The notes below the pieces were generated by a model. The model did not search any database. It was not told the origin of the DNA and was given only the letters and a program-made list of their open reading frames with translations. Both the position numbers and the translations under genes were made by a program. From NCBI GenBank assembly GCA_963707635.1, contig OY970173.1, forward strand, positions 1,152,001-1,216,000: DNA of 64,000 bases, written 5' to 3'. This DNA is from Candidatus Latescibacterota bacterium. Its GTDB lineage: Bacteria > Krumholzibacteriota > Krumholzibacteriia > WVZY01 > JAKEHA01. How positions within the stretch are numbered: the stretch's first letter is position 1; every line of letters begins with the position of its first letter. Of this stretch, positions 9,753 through 19,307 are shown piece by piece.

Positions 9753-10412
9753 ATGCCCACGAAGATGCAGGTCCTCTATCTCATCCGCCACGCCGAGACC
9801 ACGTACAACCGCGAGGGGCGCGTGCAGGGCCATGTCGAGTCGTCGTTGAGCCGGCTCGGCTCCCGTCAGGCAAAACGCATCGGCGAACGACTCGGGTACG
9901 TCGAGTTTGTCGCCGCGTACTCGAGCCCGTCCAAACGAGCCGTGCAGACGTCGAAGCTCGCATTCGGTGGCGCGTTCGACGTCGAAACGCGCGAGGGGCT
10001 GCGCGAAATCCGTCTCGGCAAGTGGGAGGGCCAGAAGGCGAGCGTGTTGCGCCGCCGCTACCCGCGGGAGGTGCACCTGTGGTTTCACCAGCCCAGCGCG
10101 GTTCGCATCCCCGGCGCCGAGACCATCGGACTGTTTCGCCGCCGCGTCGTGCGCGAGGTCAATCACATCCGCAAGGAGCACCCGGCCGGCGAGGTGGCGA
10201 TCGTGACGCACGGAGGCGTGATCTGCGCCTACCTGACATCCGTGCTCGGTATGAAACTCGACGACCTGTGGCGCTTCAAGATTCGCAACGCGTCGGTGAC
10301 GCGGGTGCTCTTCCCACAGGGCCGCGCGCGCGTCGACCTGCTGGGCGACATCCACCACCTGAACGGCGTGTTTCGCGACGTGCCCGACCGGCCGTTTCGA
10401 TTGTTTCCGTGA
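9753..10412 (+). CDS. Histidine phosphatase (phosphoglycerate mutase) family protein
   Basis: Motifs LYLIRHAET.YN.EGRVQG, LREIRLGKWEG and VTHGGVI. Confidence 0.9.
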   Translation: MPTKMQVLYLIRHAETTYNREGRVQGHVESSLSRLGSRQAKRIGERLGYVEFVAAYSSPSKRAVQTSKLAFGGAFDVETREGLREIRLGKWEGQKASVLRRRYPREVHLWFHQPSAVRIPGAETIGLFRRRVVREVNHIRKEHPAGEVAIVTHGGVICAYLTSVLGMKLDDLWRFKIRNASVTRVLFPQGRARVDLLGDIHHLNGVFRDVPDRPFRLFP

Positions 10413-10421
10413 CGCACGCGG

Positions 10422-11156
10422 CTACCACCGGACGGATCCCGCCGCGCGAATCCGCCTGATTTCCGGTCCCGCCAGCAGGAAGGCCCCCAGCATGCCCGCC
10501 ACGAATCCGCCGATGTGCGCGAACCATGCGACCCCGCCCGTGACCTCTCTCGCGCCCAGCGACAGGAACCCCTGGAGCGATTGCATCACGAACCAGAGCA
10601 ACAGAAGCAGGCTGGCGGGGACTTCGATCAGGCGGATGAAGAACGGGATCACGACCGCGGTCAACACGCGGGCGCGCGGGTAGGTGACGAGGTAGGCGCC
10701 CAGCACGCCCGCGACCGCGCCGCTCGCGCCGACCGTCGGGGTGGTGGATCCCGGATTGGAGAGGATGTGGGCGAACCCCGCCGCCACGCCGCACGCGAGA
10801 TAGAACACGATGAATTTCACGCGTCCCATGAGGTCCTCGACGTTGTTCCCGAAGATCCACAGGTAGAGCATGTTGCCGAAGATGTGCATGACGCTCCCGT
10901 GCATGAACATCGACGTGAGCAACGTGAGGGGCAGAAACGGCGGGCCCGCCGCGTGTTCGAACGGGCCGCCGTGGGTGCCGACCAGGTCGGCGAAATGAAC
11001 GATCTCGTAGGGAACGACTCCGTACGCCGCGACGAAACGCGACAGCGAGTCGCCGAGCGTCATCTCATAGAGAAAAACCACGACGTTGATCGCGACCAGC
11101 GCGATGGTGACGACCGGCGTGCGACGGGTGGGATTGTGATCCTTGAGCGGAAACAT
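10422..11156 (-). CDS. Rhomboid family intramembrane serine protease
   Basis: Motifs SMFMHGSVMHIFGNMLYLWIFG, VGASGA (catalytic Ser) and AHIGGF (catalytic His). Confidence 0.93.
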   Translation of the reverse strand: MFPLKDHNPTRRTPVVTIALVAINVVVFLYEMTLGDSLSRFVAAYGVVPYEIVHFADLVGTHGGPFEHAAGPPFLPLTLLTSMFMHGSVMHIFGNMLYLWIFGNNVEDLMGRVKFIVFYLACGVAAGFAHILSNPGSTTPTVGASGAVAGVLGAYLVTYPRARVLTAVVIPFFIRLIEVPASLLLLLWFVMQSLQGFLSLGAREVTGGVAWFAHIGGFVAGMLGAFLLAGPEIRRIRAAGSVRW

Positions 11157-11159
11157 GGC

Positions 11160-11836
11160 CTATCGACGCCGCGGTCGCAGCGTGCCGAGCAGGCGCTCGG
11201 TCCTGGGCAACAGGGGGGTTCCGGCCGCCAGCCGCGCCCGGCACAGGCCCTCCAGCAGCTCGAGCCCGCCGGCGTCGTCGACGTCGTACCACAGCGGCAG
11301 CAGCGACAGCGACAATCCCGCACGAGCAATCGCATCGACGGTGTCCGCCAGCACCGTGCGCGTTCCCCAGGGGATGCCGGCGAACAGAGAAGGCGCCGGC
11401 GCACGCAGGCCGACGAGATAGTAGCCGCCGTCGGCGGCCGGGCCCAGGACGACGTCGCGGTGCTTGAGCTTCTGGAAGGCGCGCGCGAGGTGGGACACCG
11501 GGAGGTCGGGGCTGTCCGAGCCGATGACAACCGCCCGCGCGGCGGGCGGCTCCAACAAGTGGTCGAATGCGGCGGCGAGTCTCGCGCCGAGGTCGGCGCC
11601 GGCCTGCGGGACCAGCGGCCAGCGCGGCGGCACCATCGACTCGAGCTCCGCCGTCCGCTCGCCCGAATAGAAGACGGTCGGGATAAACTTCGCCTCGCGC
11701 ACGCGCGGGAACAGGTCGGCCAGAAACGCGGCGTAGAGGTCGCGCGCGCCGGCCGCATCCAGGGGTGGAACCAGCCGGGTCTTGACCTCGCCGCGACGGG
11801 TGAGCGCACGAATATGCCGAGCCTCTTAATTATCAC
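11160..11836 (-). CDS. DUF2064/TIGR04282-type nucleotide-diphospho-sugar transferase; one-base frameshift near 11790
   Basis: IFVRSPVA / GEVKTRLVPPL joins across a missing base. Downstream motifs are QAGADLGARL, VIGSDSPDLP, VLGPAADGGYYLVG and WYDVDD. Confidence 0.82.
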
Positions 11837-11937
11837 GATTGAAAGCGGTTCCGGTGGCGGGTGTGACGGTCACCATACCACGGTCTGGCGGGCGCGTGCA
11901 CGGGCCAATCCCGGCGATCCTCGCCCCGGAACGAGAG

Positions 11938-11966
11938 TTGACACCCCGGCGGGTACCGAGTACCTT
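11938..11966 (+). promoter_or_regulatory. Sigma70-type promoter of nuoA-F
   Basis: TTGACA-17 nt-TACCTT about 80 nt upstream of nuoA. Confidence 0.55.
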
Positions 11967-12046
11967 CAACGCGGAACCCATTGTGAAACTGGGTTACAAG
12001 GTCCCCGGGCCCTTTCTCCCGACACACCGAAACGCCTGACGCGACG

Positions 12047-12409
12047 ATGGACCTGGCGCTCAAGTACACACCGGTGCTCGTGCTGTTTCTGCTCGCGTTC
12101 GCGATCCCGCTCATCATGCTGGCGATCGCGGGGGTGACCGGTCCGCGCCAGCCGAGTCCGCGCAAGATGACCCCGTTCGAGTGCGGCGTCGAGTCGCTCG
12201 GCGACACACGGCACCGATTCTCGGTGAGATTCTTCCTGGTCGCGCTGCTGTTCATCATCTTCGACATCGAATCCGTCTTCATCTTCCCGTGGGCGGTGCT
12301 GTTTCGCGAGCTGGGGATGTTCGGATTCGTGGAGATGTCGATCTTCCTGACCATCCTGCTCCTCGGCCTGTTCTACGTGTGGAAGAAAGGAGCGCTCGAA
12401 TGGGAATAG
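12047..12409 (+). CDS. nuoA: NADH-quinone oxidoreductase subunit A
   Basis: Motifs KMTPFECG, FFLVALLFIIFDIE and KKGALEWE. Confidence 0.95.
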   Translation: MDLALKYTPVLVLFLLAFAIPLIMLAIAGVTGPRQPSPRKMTPFECGVESLGDTRHRFSVRFFLVALLFIIFDIESVFIFPWAVLFRELGMFGFVEMSIFLTILLLGLFYVWKKGALEWE

Positions 12410-12939
12410 ACCAGAGCCTCTTGCCGGCCACCAAGGACGAGGCCGGCATCGTCACCACCCGGCTCGACGAGATCGTGCGCTGGGGGCGGAAGAACTCGCT
12501 GTGGCCGCTCCCGTTCGGGACGGCGTGCTGCGCGATCGAGTTCATGGGCGTCGTTTCCAGCAAGTTCGACATCTCGCGCTTCGGCGCGGAGCTGGTGCGC
12601 TTCTCGCCGCGGCAGTCGGACATGATCCTGGTGGCCGGCACCATCAACTACAAGCTGGCGCCGGTCTTGAAGCGCATCTACGACCAGATCGCCGAGCCCA
12701 AGTACGTGATCTCGATGGGCGCGTGCGCGTGCTCCGGCGGCTTCTACGACAACTATGCGACGGTGCAGGGGATCGACCAGATCATCCCGGTCGACGTGTT
12801 CATCCCCGGTTGCCCGCCGCGCCCCGAGGCGATCCTGCACGCCGTCATGAAGCTCCAGGAACGCATCGACAAGGAACCGGTCGCGCGCCGCGGTCAGCCG
12901 CGCCGGCACGAAGTGGTCGAGAAGTTCAAGGATAACTAG
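12400..12939 (+). CDS. nuoB: NADH-quinone oxidoreductase subunit B
   Basis: Motifs FGTACCAIE, SPRQSD, SMGACACSGG and PGCPPRPE. Confidence 0.96.
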   Translation: MGIDQSLLPATKDEAGIVTTRLDEIVRWGRKNSLWPLPFGTACCAIEFMGVVSSKFDISRFGAELVRFSPRQSDMILVAGTINYKLAPVLKRIYDQIAEPKYVISMGACACSGGFYDNYATVQGIDQIIPVDVFIPGCPPRPEAILHAVMKLQERIDKEPVARRGQPRRHEVVEKFKDN

Positions 12940-12954
12940 GCCGGGAACTGGGGA

Positions 12955-13021
12955 GCGGGTGGCGCCGAGCTGGGGCCCCCGCGCGGCGAAGCCCGCGGGG
13001 TAGCGAGGCGACAGGCCCCGC
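12955..13021. repeat. Structured palindromic (REP-like) element, copy 1, in the nuoB-nuoC spacer
   Basis: GCGGGTGGCGC...GGGGCCCCCG..GGC-loop-GCC..CGGGGT...CGACAGGCCCCGC, with the same architecture as copies at 20910 and 26619. Confidence 0.7.
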
Positions 13022-13041
13022 GATGCACGATAGGAGCGCAG

Positions 13042-13572
13042 TTGACTAGCAAAGACACCGCACGACACGACGCGCTGGTCGCGGAACTCAAGGGCCGCTT
13101 CGGCGCGAGTGTTCTCGACGTCGATCGTTCCTTCGACGATTGCGCGGTCGTGGTCGCGAAGGACGCGCTGCACGACGTGCTGGCGTTCCTGAAGAACGAG
13201 CGCCGGTTCGACTTCCTCATGGACATCGCCGGCCTCGACTGCGCGAATCTCCCGACCTGCCGCGAGCGGTTCGAGCTGGCCTACGTCCTCTACTCGTCCC
13301 CCGACGACCTGCGCGTCCGCGTCGACGTCCCCGTCTCCGAGCTGGACCTGAAAGTACCCACCGTGACCGACCTGTGGAAGTCGGCCAACTGGGCGGAGCG
13401 CGAGGCGTTCGAGATGTTCGGCTTCGACTTCGTCGGGCATCCGTGCCTGAAGCGGCTGCTCACGCACCACGAGTTCGTCGGGCACCCGCTGCGCAAGGAC
13501 TACCCCATCATGGGCGGGCAGTGGTGCACGTCGACGTCCGACATGACCGAGGAACTCAACGAGCCCCGGTAG
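13042..13572 (+). CDS. nuoC: NADH-quinone oxidoreductase subunit C
   Basis: Motif ANWAEREAFEMFGFDFVGHP.LKRLL...GHPLRKDYP. TTG start follows AGGAG. Confidence 0.95.
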   Translation: MTSKDTARHDALVAELKGRFGASVLDVDRSFDDCAVVVAKDALHDVLAFLKNERRFDFLMDIAGLDCANLPTCRERFELAYVLYSSPDDLRVRVDVPVSELDLKVPTVTDLWKSANWAEREAFEMFGFDFVGHPCLKRLLTHHEFVGHPLRKDYPIMGGQWCTSTSDMTEELNEPR

Positions 13573-13579
13573 GGACGCG

Positions 13580-14890
13580 ATGGCGGATCACAAGACGGTC
13601 GACATCCAGGACTTCGTGCCCCGCGACGGCGAGGCGCGCGTCCCGTACTCGTCGAAGGACTTCGACCGCGACGTCGACGTTGCCCGCGACGACTTCAACG
13701 AGGGCCTCCAGCTCCCCGACATCGACTCGACGCCGATGTTCATCAACATCGGCCCGACCCATCCGGCGACGCACGGCACCTTCCGCGTCTACGCCCGACT
13801 CGACGGCGAGACGGTCGAGAAGGCGGGCGTGGACGTCGGCTATCTCCACCGCGGGTTCGAGAAGATCGTGGAGACCAAGCAGTACACGCAGGTCATTCCC
13901 TACACCGATCGCTTGAATTATTGCAGCGGGCTCACCAACAACGTGGCCTTCTGCAAGGCCGTCGAGCGCATGATGGGCATCGAGGTCTCCGAGCGGGTGA
14001 AGATGATCCGCGTGATCATCATGGAGATCCAGCGCATCATGGATCACATGATCTGCTCGGGCACGAATATCGTCGACATCGGCGCGCTCACCAACTTCTG
14101 GTACTTCTACAACGCGCGCGATCGCCTGGGCGACCTGCTGGAGGCGCTGACGGGCGCGCGGCTCACCTACAGCTACATCCGCATCGGCGGGCTCGCGTGG
14201 GACCTGCCCGCCAACTGGCGCGAGAACGTGAAGGCGGCCATCAAGCAGGTGCCCGCCGCGATCGCCGACGTGCGCGGCCTGGTCGCCAAGAATCGCATCT
14301 TCCAGGACCGCACGCGCGGGGTGGGCAGGATCAGCACCGAGGACGCGATCAGCTTCGGGTGGACGGGACCGTGCCTGCGCGCGACCGGAGCCGACTTGGA
14401 CCTGCGCAAGGTCCGGCCCTACTATGGCTACGAGCAATTCGACTTCGACGTGCCGGTCGGCGCCAACGGCGACGTGTACGACCGCATCCTCGTTCGGATA
14501 GCGGAAATGGAAGAGAGTCTCAAGATCATCCAGCAGGCGATCGATCGCGTGCCGGACGGTCCCATTAATGTGGACGACAAGCGCGTCACCCTGCCGCCGA
14601 AGCAGAAGGTGCACACGTCGATGGAGGCGCTCATCAACCACTTCAAGCTGGTGATCGAAGGAATCCAGCCGCCGCCGGGGCGCATCTACGACGCCACCGA
14701 GACGCCCAACGGCGAACTCGGGTTCTACATCGTGAGCGATGGCAGCGGACACCCGTACCGGATCAAGGTCCGTCCGCCGTGCTTCTACGCCATGAACACG
14801 CTCAAGTTTTTGATCGAGGGCGGCATGGTCGCGGACATCGTCGCCATCCTCGGCGGGTTGAACGTCATCGCGGGCGAGCTGGATCGCTGA
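13580..14890 (+). CDS. nuoD: NADH-quinone oxidoreductase subunit D
   Basis: Motifs NIGPTHPATHG, GYLHRGFEK, YTDRLNY and C-terminal GELDR. Confidence 0.96.
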   Translation: MADHKTVDIQDFVPRDGEARVPYSSKDFDRDVDVARDDFNEGLQLPDIDSTPMFINIGPTHPATHGTFRVYARLDGETVEKAGVDVGYLHRGFEKIVETKQYTQVIPYTDRLNYCSGLTNNVAFCKAVERMMGIEVSERVKMIRVIIMEIQRIMDHMICSGTNIVDIGALTNFWYFYNARDRLGDLLEALTGARLTYSYIRIGGLAWDLPANWRENVKAAIKQVPAAIADVRGLVAKNRIFQDRTRGVGRISTEDAISFGWTGPCLRATGADLDLRKVRPYYGYEQFDFDVPVGANGDVYDRILVRIAEMEESLKIIQQAIDRVPDGPINVDDKRVTLPPKQKVHTSMEALINHFKLVIEGIQPPPGRIYDATETPNGELGFYIVSDGSGHPYRIKVRPPCFYAMNTLKFLIEGGMVADIVAILGGLNVIAGELDR

Positions 14891-14891
14891 C

Positions 14892-15437
14892 ATGTCGCAC
14901 GGAACCCACGCACTCGTCGCCACCGGCAAGCCGTTCGCGTTCTCGCACGAGAACGAGGCGAAACTCGCCGACCTTCTCACCAAATACCCGACCAAGCGCG
15001 CGGTGGTCCTTCCGGCCCTGTGGCTGGCGCAGGAGCAGGAGGGACACCTGCGCATCGAATCGATGGAGTACGTGGCGAAGCGGCTCGAGCAGTCCGCCGT
15101 GTCGGTGTTCGCGGTGGTCGAGTTTTATACCATGTTCAAGACCGAGCCGATGGGGAAGCACCACATCCAACTATGTCGCACGCTCTCCTGCACCATGCGC
15201 GGGTGCGAAGACCTCCAGGGGCTGATCGAGCGCAAACTCGGCATCGGTCCCGGCGAGAAGACGCCCGACGGAACCTTCAGCTTCGAAACGGTGGAGTGCC
15301 TGGGGTCGTGCGGGACGGCGCCCATGATGCGGATGGACAAACGCTACTGGGAGAACCTCACGGTCGACAAGCTCGAGCGCATCATCGAGGCGTGCCGCCA
15401 GGGGCGCGACCCGTCGTCGGAGGACTTCAGCCGCTAA
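14892..15437 (+). CDS. nuoE: NADH-quinone oxidoreductase subunit E
   Basis: [2Fe-2S] ligands CRTLSC and VECLGSCGTAP. Confidence 0.95.
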   Translation: MSHGTHALVATGKPFAFSHENEAKLADLLTKYPTKRAVVLPALWLAQEQEGHLRIESMEYVAKRLEQSAVSVFAVVEFYTMFKTEPMGKHHIQLCRTLSCTMRGCEDLQGLIERKLGIGPGEKTPDGTFSFETVECLGSCGTAPMMRMDKRYWENLTVDKLERIIEACRQGRDPSSEDFSR

Positions 15438-15451
15438 CCGGTCGAACCGCC

Positions 15452-16777
15452 ATGTCCAAGAAGATCATCAGCAGCCGGTTCGACACGCCGAACAACCACA
15501 CCCTCGCCACCTACCAGGCGAACGGTGGCTATGGCACGCTCAAGAAGCTCTTCGCCATGAAGCCCGACGCCGTGACCGAGGAAGTGAAGCGCTCGGGGCT
15601 GCGCGGCCGCGGCGGCGCGGGCTTTCCGACCGGCATGAAATGGAGCTTCGTCCCCAAGTCCACCGACAAGCCGAAGTACCTGTGCGTGAACGCCGACGAA
15701 GGCGAGCCGGGGACGTTCAAGGATCGGTTGATTCTGGAGCGCGACCCGCACGCGCTGATCGAGGGCATCATCATCTGCTGCTTTGCGGTCGGTATCAAAA
15801 CCGCCTACGTCTACATCAGAGGCGAGTACGATTTCCCGATCCTGCGCTTCTCGGCGGCGGTGAAAGAGGCCTACGCGAGCGGCTTGCTCGGGAAGAACAT
15901 CAAGGGCTCCGGCGTGGATCTCGATGTCGTGGTGCACAAGGGGGCGGGCGCCTACATCTGCGGCGAAGAAACCGGCCTGATCGAGTCGCTCGAAGGAAAG
16001 AAGGGCCAGCCGCGTCCGAAGCCGCCGTTCCCGGCGGTCATCGGCGTGTTCGGCTGCCCGACCGTCGTCAATAACGTGGAGACCCTCGCCGCGCTGCCCT
16101 GGATTCTCGAGCACGGCGCCGACGCCTACGCCGCGATCGGCACCGACAAGAGCAAGGGCACGATGCTGTTCTCGATCTCCGGCATGGTCGAACACCCCGG
16201 CGTCTACGAGGCCGACTTCGGCGTGAACCTCTGGGACTTCATCGAGCAGTCGACCGGCGGGGTCAAGGGCGGGAAGAAGCTCAAGGCCGTGATCCCGGGC
16301 GGGTCGTCGGCGGCGATTCTCACCGCCGACGAAGCGCGCAGCGTGAAGCTCGACTACGAGTCCATCGCGGCCGCCGGGTCGATGGTTGGCTCGGGCGCCA
16401 TCATGGTGCTGGACGAAGACACGTGCGTGGTGAAGGCGCTGGAAGTGGTGCTGCGTTTCTACGCGCACGAGTCGTGCGGTCAGTGCCCGCCGTGCCGCGA
16501 AGGGACGTACTGGCTCTACGAGATCGTCCACCGGATCCGCACCGGCAAAGGACGGCCGGAAGACATCGACCTGATGCTGTCGATCTGCCCGGACATGCTC
16601 GGCCGCACCGTGTGCGTGCTCGCGGACTCCGCGGCGATTCCCGCGGCGAGCTACATCAAGAAGTTCCGCTCCGAGTTCGAGGCCTATCATCGACAAGGCG
16701 AACCTGCCGACGCGCACTCTCCACCCGGGCGGCGTCAATCTGGAAGCGAGAGCGCTGTAGCTGCCCGCTCTACTTGA
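15452..16777 (+). CDS. nuoF: NADH-quinone oxidoreductase subunit F (true stop possibly TAG 16758-16760 if a +1 error lies near 16688)
   Basis: Motifs SGLRGRGGAGFPTG, NADEGEPGTFKDR, GAGAYICGEET and ESCGQCPPCREG. Confidence 0.96.
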   Translation: MSKKIISSRFDTPNNHTLATYQANGGYGTLKKLFAMKPDAVTEEVKRSGLRGRGGAGFPTGMKWSFVPKSTDKPKYLCVNADEGEPGTFKDRLILERDPHALIEGIIICCFAVGIKTAYVYIRGEYDFPILRFSAAVKEAYASGLLGKNIKGSGVDLDVVVHKGAGAYICGEETGLIESLEGKKGQPRPKPPFPAVIGVFGCPTVVNNVETLAALPWILEHGADAYAAIGTDKSKGTMLFSISGMVEHPGVYEADFGVNLWDFIEQSTGGVKGGKKLKAVIPGGSSAAILTADEARSVKLDYESIAAAGSMVGSGAIMVLDEDTCVVKALEVVLRFYAHESCGQCPPCREGTYWLYEIVHRIRTGKGRPEDIDLMLSICPDMLGRTVCVLADSAAIPAASYIKKFRSEFEAYHRQGEPADAHSPPGRRQSGSESAVAARST

Positions 16778-19117
16778 GCAGCACCATCTTGTAGCGCGTG
16801 TCGCTCGCGTGGAAGTCACGCGCGCGAAGTACACGCCCGAGCCCACGACCCCTCCGTTCGCGTTCGTCCCGTCCCAGGCGGACGTGTACGCCCGCCGCGT
16901 CTTCTCCTCGTCGACCAGCGTCGCCACGCGCGCCCCTCGCGCGTCGTAGACGGCGATCGTCACGCGGCCCTTCGAGGGAAGCGTGTAACGAATCGTCGTC
17001 TCCGGGTTGAACGGATTGGGGTACGAGGAAATCGAGAGCACATAGGACTCCGGCGTTCCGTCCACGCCCGAGAGCGTATTGACCACCGCCGGCTTCCCTT
17101 CGTTACCGGAGAAGTCGGTGGCCGTCGCGAAGTAGAACGTGTACGGCGAGGCGGTGACGTCCATCGCCGGGGTGACCGTGTAGTCGATCAGCGTCGCCGA
17201 GGCGAAGGAGTTGGTGTTGGAGCCGTAGATGGAGAAGTAATCGAAATCCTCGGCGCCCGACTCGTCCCAGGAGAGTTGGCCGGCGCTGTAGGCGAAGCCG
17301 CCGGGAACACCGGGAGCGAGGTTGTCGAGCGAGTAGCCGCTGTCGGGAGCCGAATCGAAGTAGAGCGTGGGGCTGGCAGTCGCCGCGGTGACGTAGAACA
17401 CGGAGCGATACATCCCGAACGCGACCGTCGAGTCCGCGACGGTCGGCGCGGTCATGTAGTACTCGTTCTTTCCGTGCGCCGGTGCCGAGCCCGCGAAGAC
17501 CCAGCCCGGGGCTGTGGGTGAAGGTGCTCCCGGCGCATCCGTCACAACCGGTCCCGGCGCCGAGACCGCTCCCGCCGGCACCGGATCGAGGCGGCGGTAT
17601 GCGTCGTATCGTTCCACGGGTTTCGCCGCCACCGCGTCGTCGGCGGCGGAGCGCGTGAACCGGATCGTGACCTGGCGTCCCTGGTCGTTTCCGACGTCCG
17701 CGATGCTCTGGATCGACGGCTCCGCGAAGCCCGCGCCGAAGGCGGCCATGAACCAGTCGTAACCGCCGGCGCTGACGAGGTTGTCGCCGCCGAGGTTCAT
17801 CGTCTCCAAAAAGTAGCCCGCGATGTACGGATTGCCGCCGGCGCCCACGGCCATAGTGAGGATGTAATCGTCATAGAGGTTGCCGAACCCGGCGCTCCAT
17901 ACGTGGCCGCCCGCGGTCGTGAACTTCGCGATGAAGACGTCGTAGCTCTCGGCGCCGACCAGGTTGGCTCCACCGAAGTTGATTGCCCCCCAGAAACTGC
18001 CGCCCAGGATCCAGTTGCCCGACGGGTCGGCTGCAACCGTCATCGCGAACTGATCGGACGCGTCGCCGAAGCGCTTGCTCCACTGGGCCACGCCCGTGGA
18101 ATTGAACTTCGCCAGGAAGACGTCCTGAAGTCCGGTGCTGACCAACGGGGGACCTCCGCCGAAGGTGATCGTTCCGCTGAAGCTTCCGGCGAGCGCGACG
18201 TTCCCCGAGGCGTCGGTTGCCACGGCGCCTCCAAATTGACTGCTCGCGTCCCCGAATATCTGGCTCCACTGGTGCACGCCGGCAGAGTTGAGCTTGGCCA
18301 GAAACGCGTCGTATCCACCCGCGCTGGTGAGGTTCCCCCCACCGAAGTTGACCGTCCCGGAGAATCGACCCGCCACCAGGACGTTCGCGGATGCGTCGGT
18401 GGTCACCGAAGCTAGGGACTGGAAGCTCGCGTCCCCATATCGCTGGCTCCACTGGTGAACACCGGCGGAGTTGAACTTGACCAGGAACATGTCGTATCCA
18501 CCCACACTGGTCAGATTTCCCCCGCCAAAATTCAGGATCCCGTTGAAGGTCCCGCCGACGATCACGTTACCGGAGGCGTCGGTCGCCACCGCGTAGGCGT
18601 ACTGGTCGCTTCCATCTCCGAAGCGCTGACTCCATTGCAAGACTCCGAGCGAGTTGAATTTTGCGACGTAGACATCGAAGCTGCCCACGCTGACGAGGCC
18701 CCCGCCGCCCAGGTCCAGCGTTCCCGCGAAGCTTCCCACGACGATCACGTTCCCGGCGGCGTCGGTCGCCACTGCGTACGCGAACTGGCTGTCGAAGTCA
18801 CCGAAGCGCTTGCTCCACTGGTGAACGCCGGCGGCGTTGAACTTGGCCACCACGATATCCGTGTTTCCCGCGCTGGTCAGGTCGGCACCGCCGAGATTGA
18901 CGGTTCCCGAATAGTCGCCGGCCATCACGATGTTGCCGGAGGGGTCGACTGCCACGTGGATCTCATCCTCGTCGCTCGTGCCGCCGAGGCGCTGACTCCA
19001 CAGCGGGACCATGGTCGCGCCGAGCGAATGCGTTGGGTAGACGCACGGGACGACGAGGAGGGCGAAGAAGATGAGCGACTGGGTGAGGGCGGACCGATTC
19101 AGCAGGAAGATGCGCAC
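16770..19117 (-). CDS. Secreted 7-bladed beta-propeller (SBBP-like) protein with C-terminal FlgD-Ig/T9SS-type sorting domain; frameshift near 16815
   Basis: Signal peptide, then seven ~61-aa repeats (WSxRFGD...AVATDASGNV.V.G.F.GT..FGG..L.S.G.YD.F.AKFNS.G) and YPNPFNPETTIRYTLP...YDARGARVATLV...WDG...SGVYFAR. The family-typical end YKMVLLK* lies in a shifted frame with TAG at 16770. Confidence 0.85.
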
Positions 19118-19242
19118 GACTGCACCCCGCAGGTTGAAGGCACAGCAACTCACTGAGTGTAGCGTACCAACGGCCGCGACCGCGATCTGAAACTATCCCC
19201 GTGGCGCTCCGATGTGGGTATTGCCACACGCTTTGTCCTGCC

Positions 19243-19271
19243 TTGACACCCCCGTCCAGTCGGGGTAACGT
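19243..19271 (+). promoter_or_regulatory. Sigma70-type promoter of nuoG-N
   Basis: TTGACA-17 nt-TAACGT about 36 nt upstream of the nuoG ATG. Confidence 0.55.
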
Positions 19272-19307
19272 GGCACCTCTAGCCTTGTGAAAAGCGGCAC
19301 AACACCA

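Noticed and set aside
10422..11156. Rhomboid as a possible sortase for the WGxVKALYR tag
   Set aside because: It looks like a generic rhomboid, lies 17 kb or more from the tagged genes, and the tag has no TM helix for intramembrane cleavage. Nothing in the window links them.
17750..19010. Periodic ~183-bp DNA repeats, possible CRISPR or VNTR
   Set aside because: They are degenerate in-frame coding repeats (propeller blades). There is no identical repeat-spacer structure and no cas gene.
15434..19153. 1239-aa minus-strand ORF overlapping all of nuoF
   Set aside because: Read-through caused by a frameshift near 16815. The real end is KMVLLK* at 16770, and the rest is the antisense shadow of nuoF.
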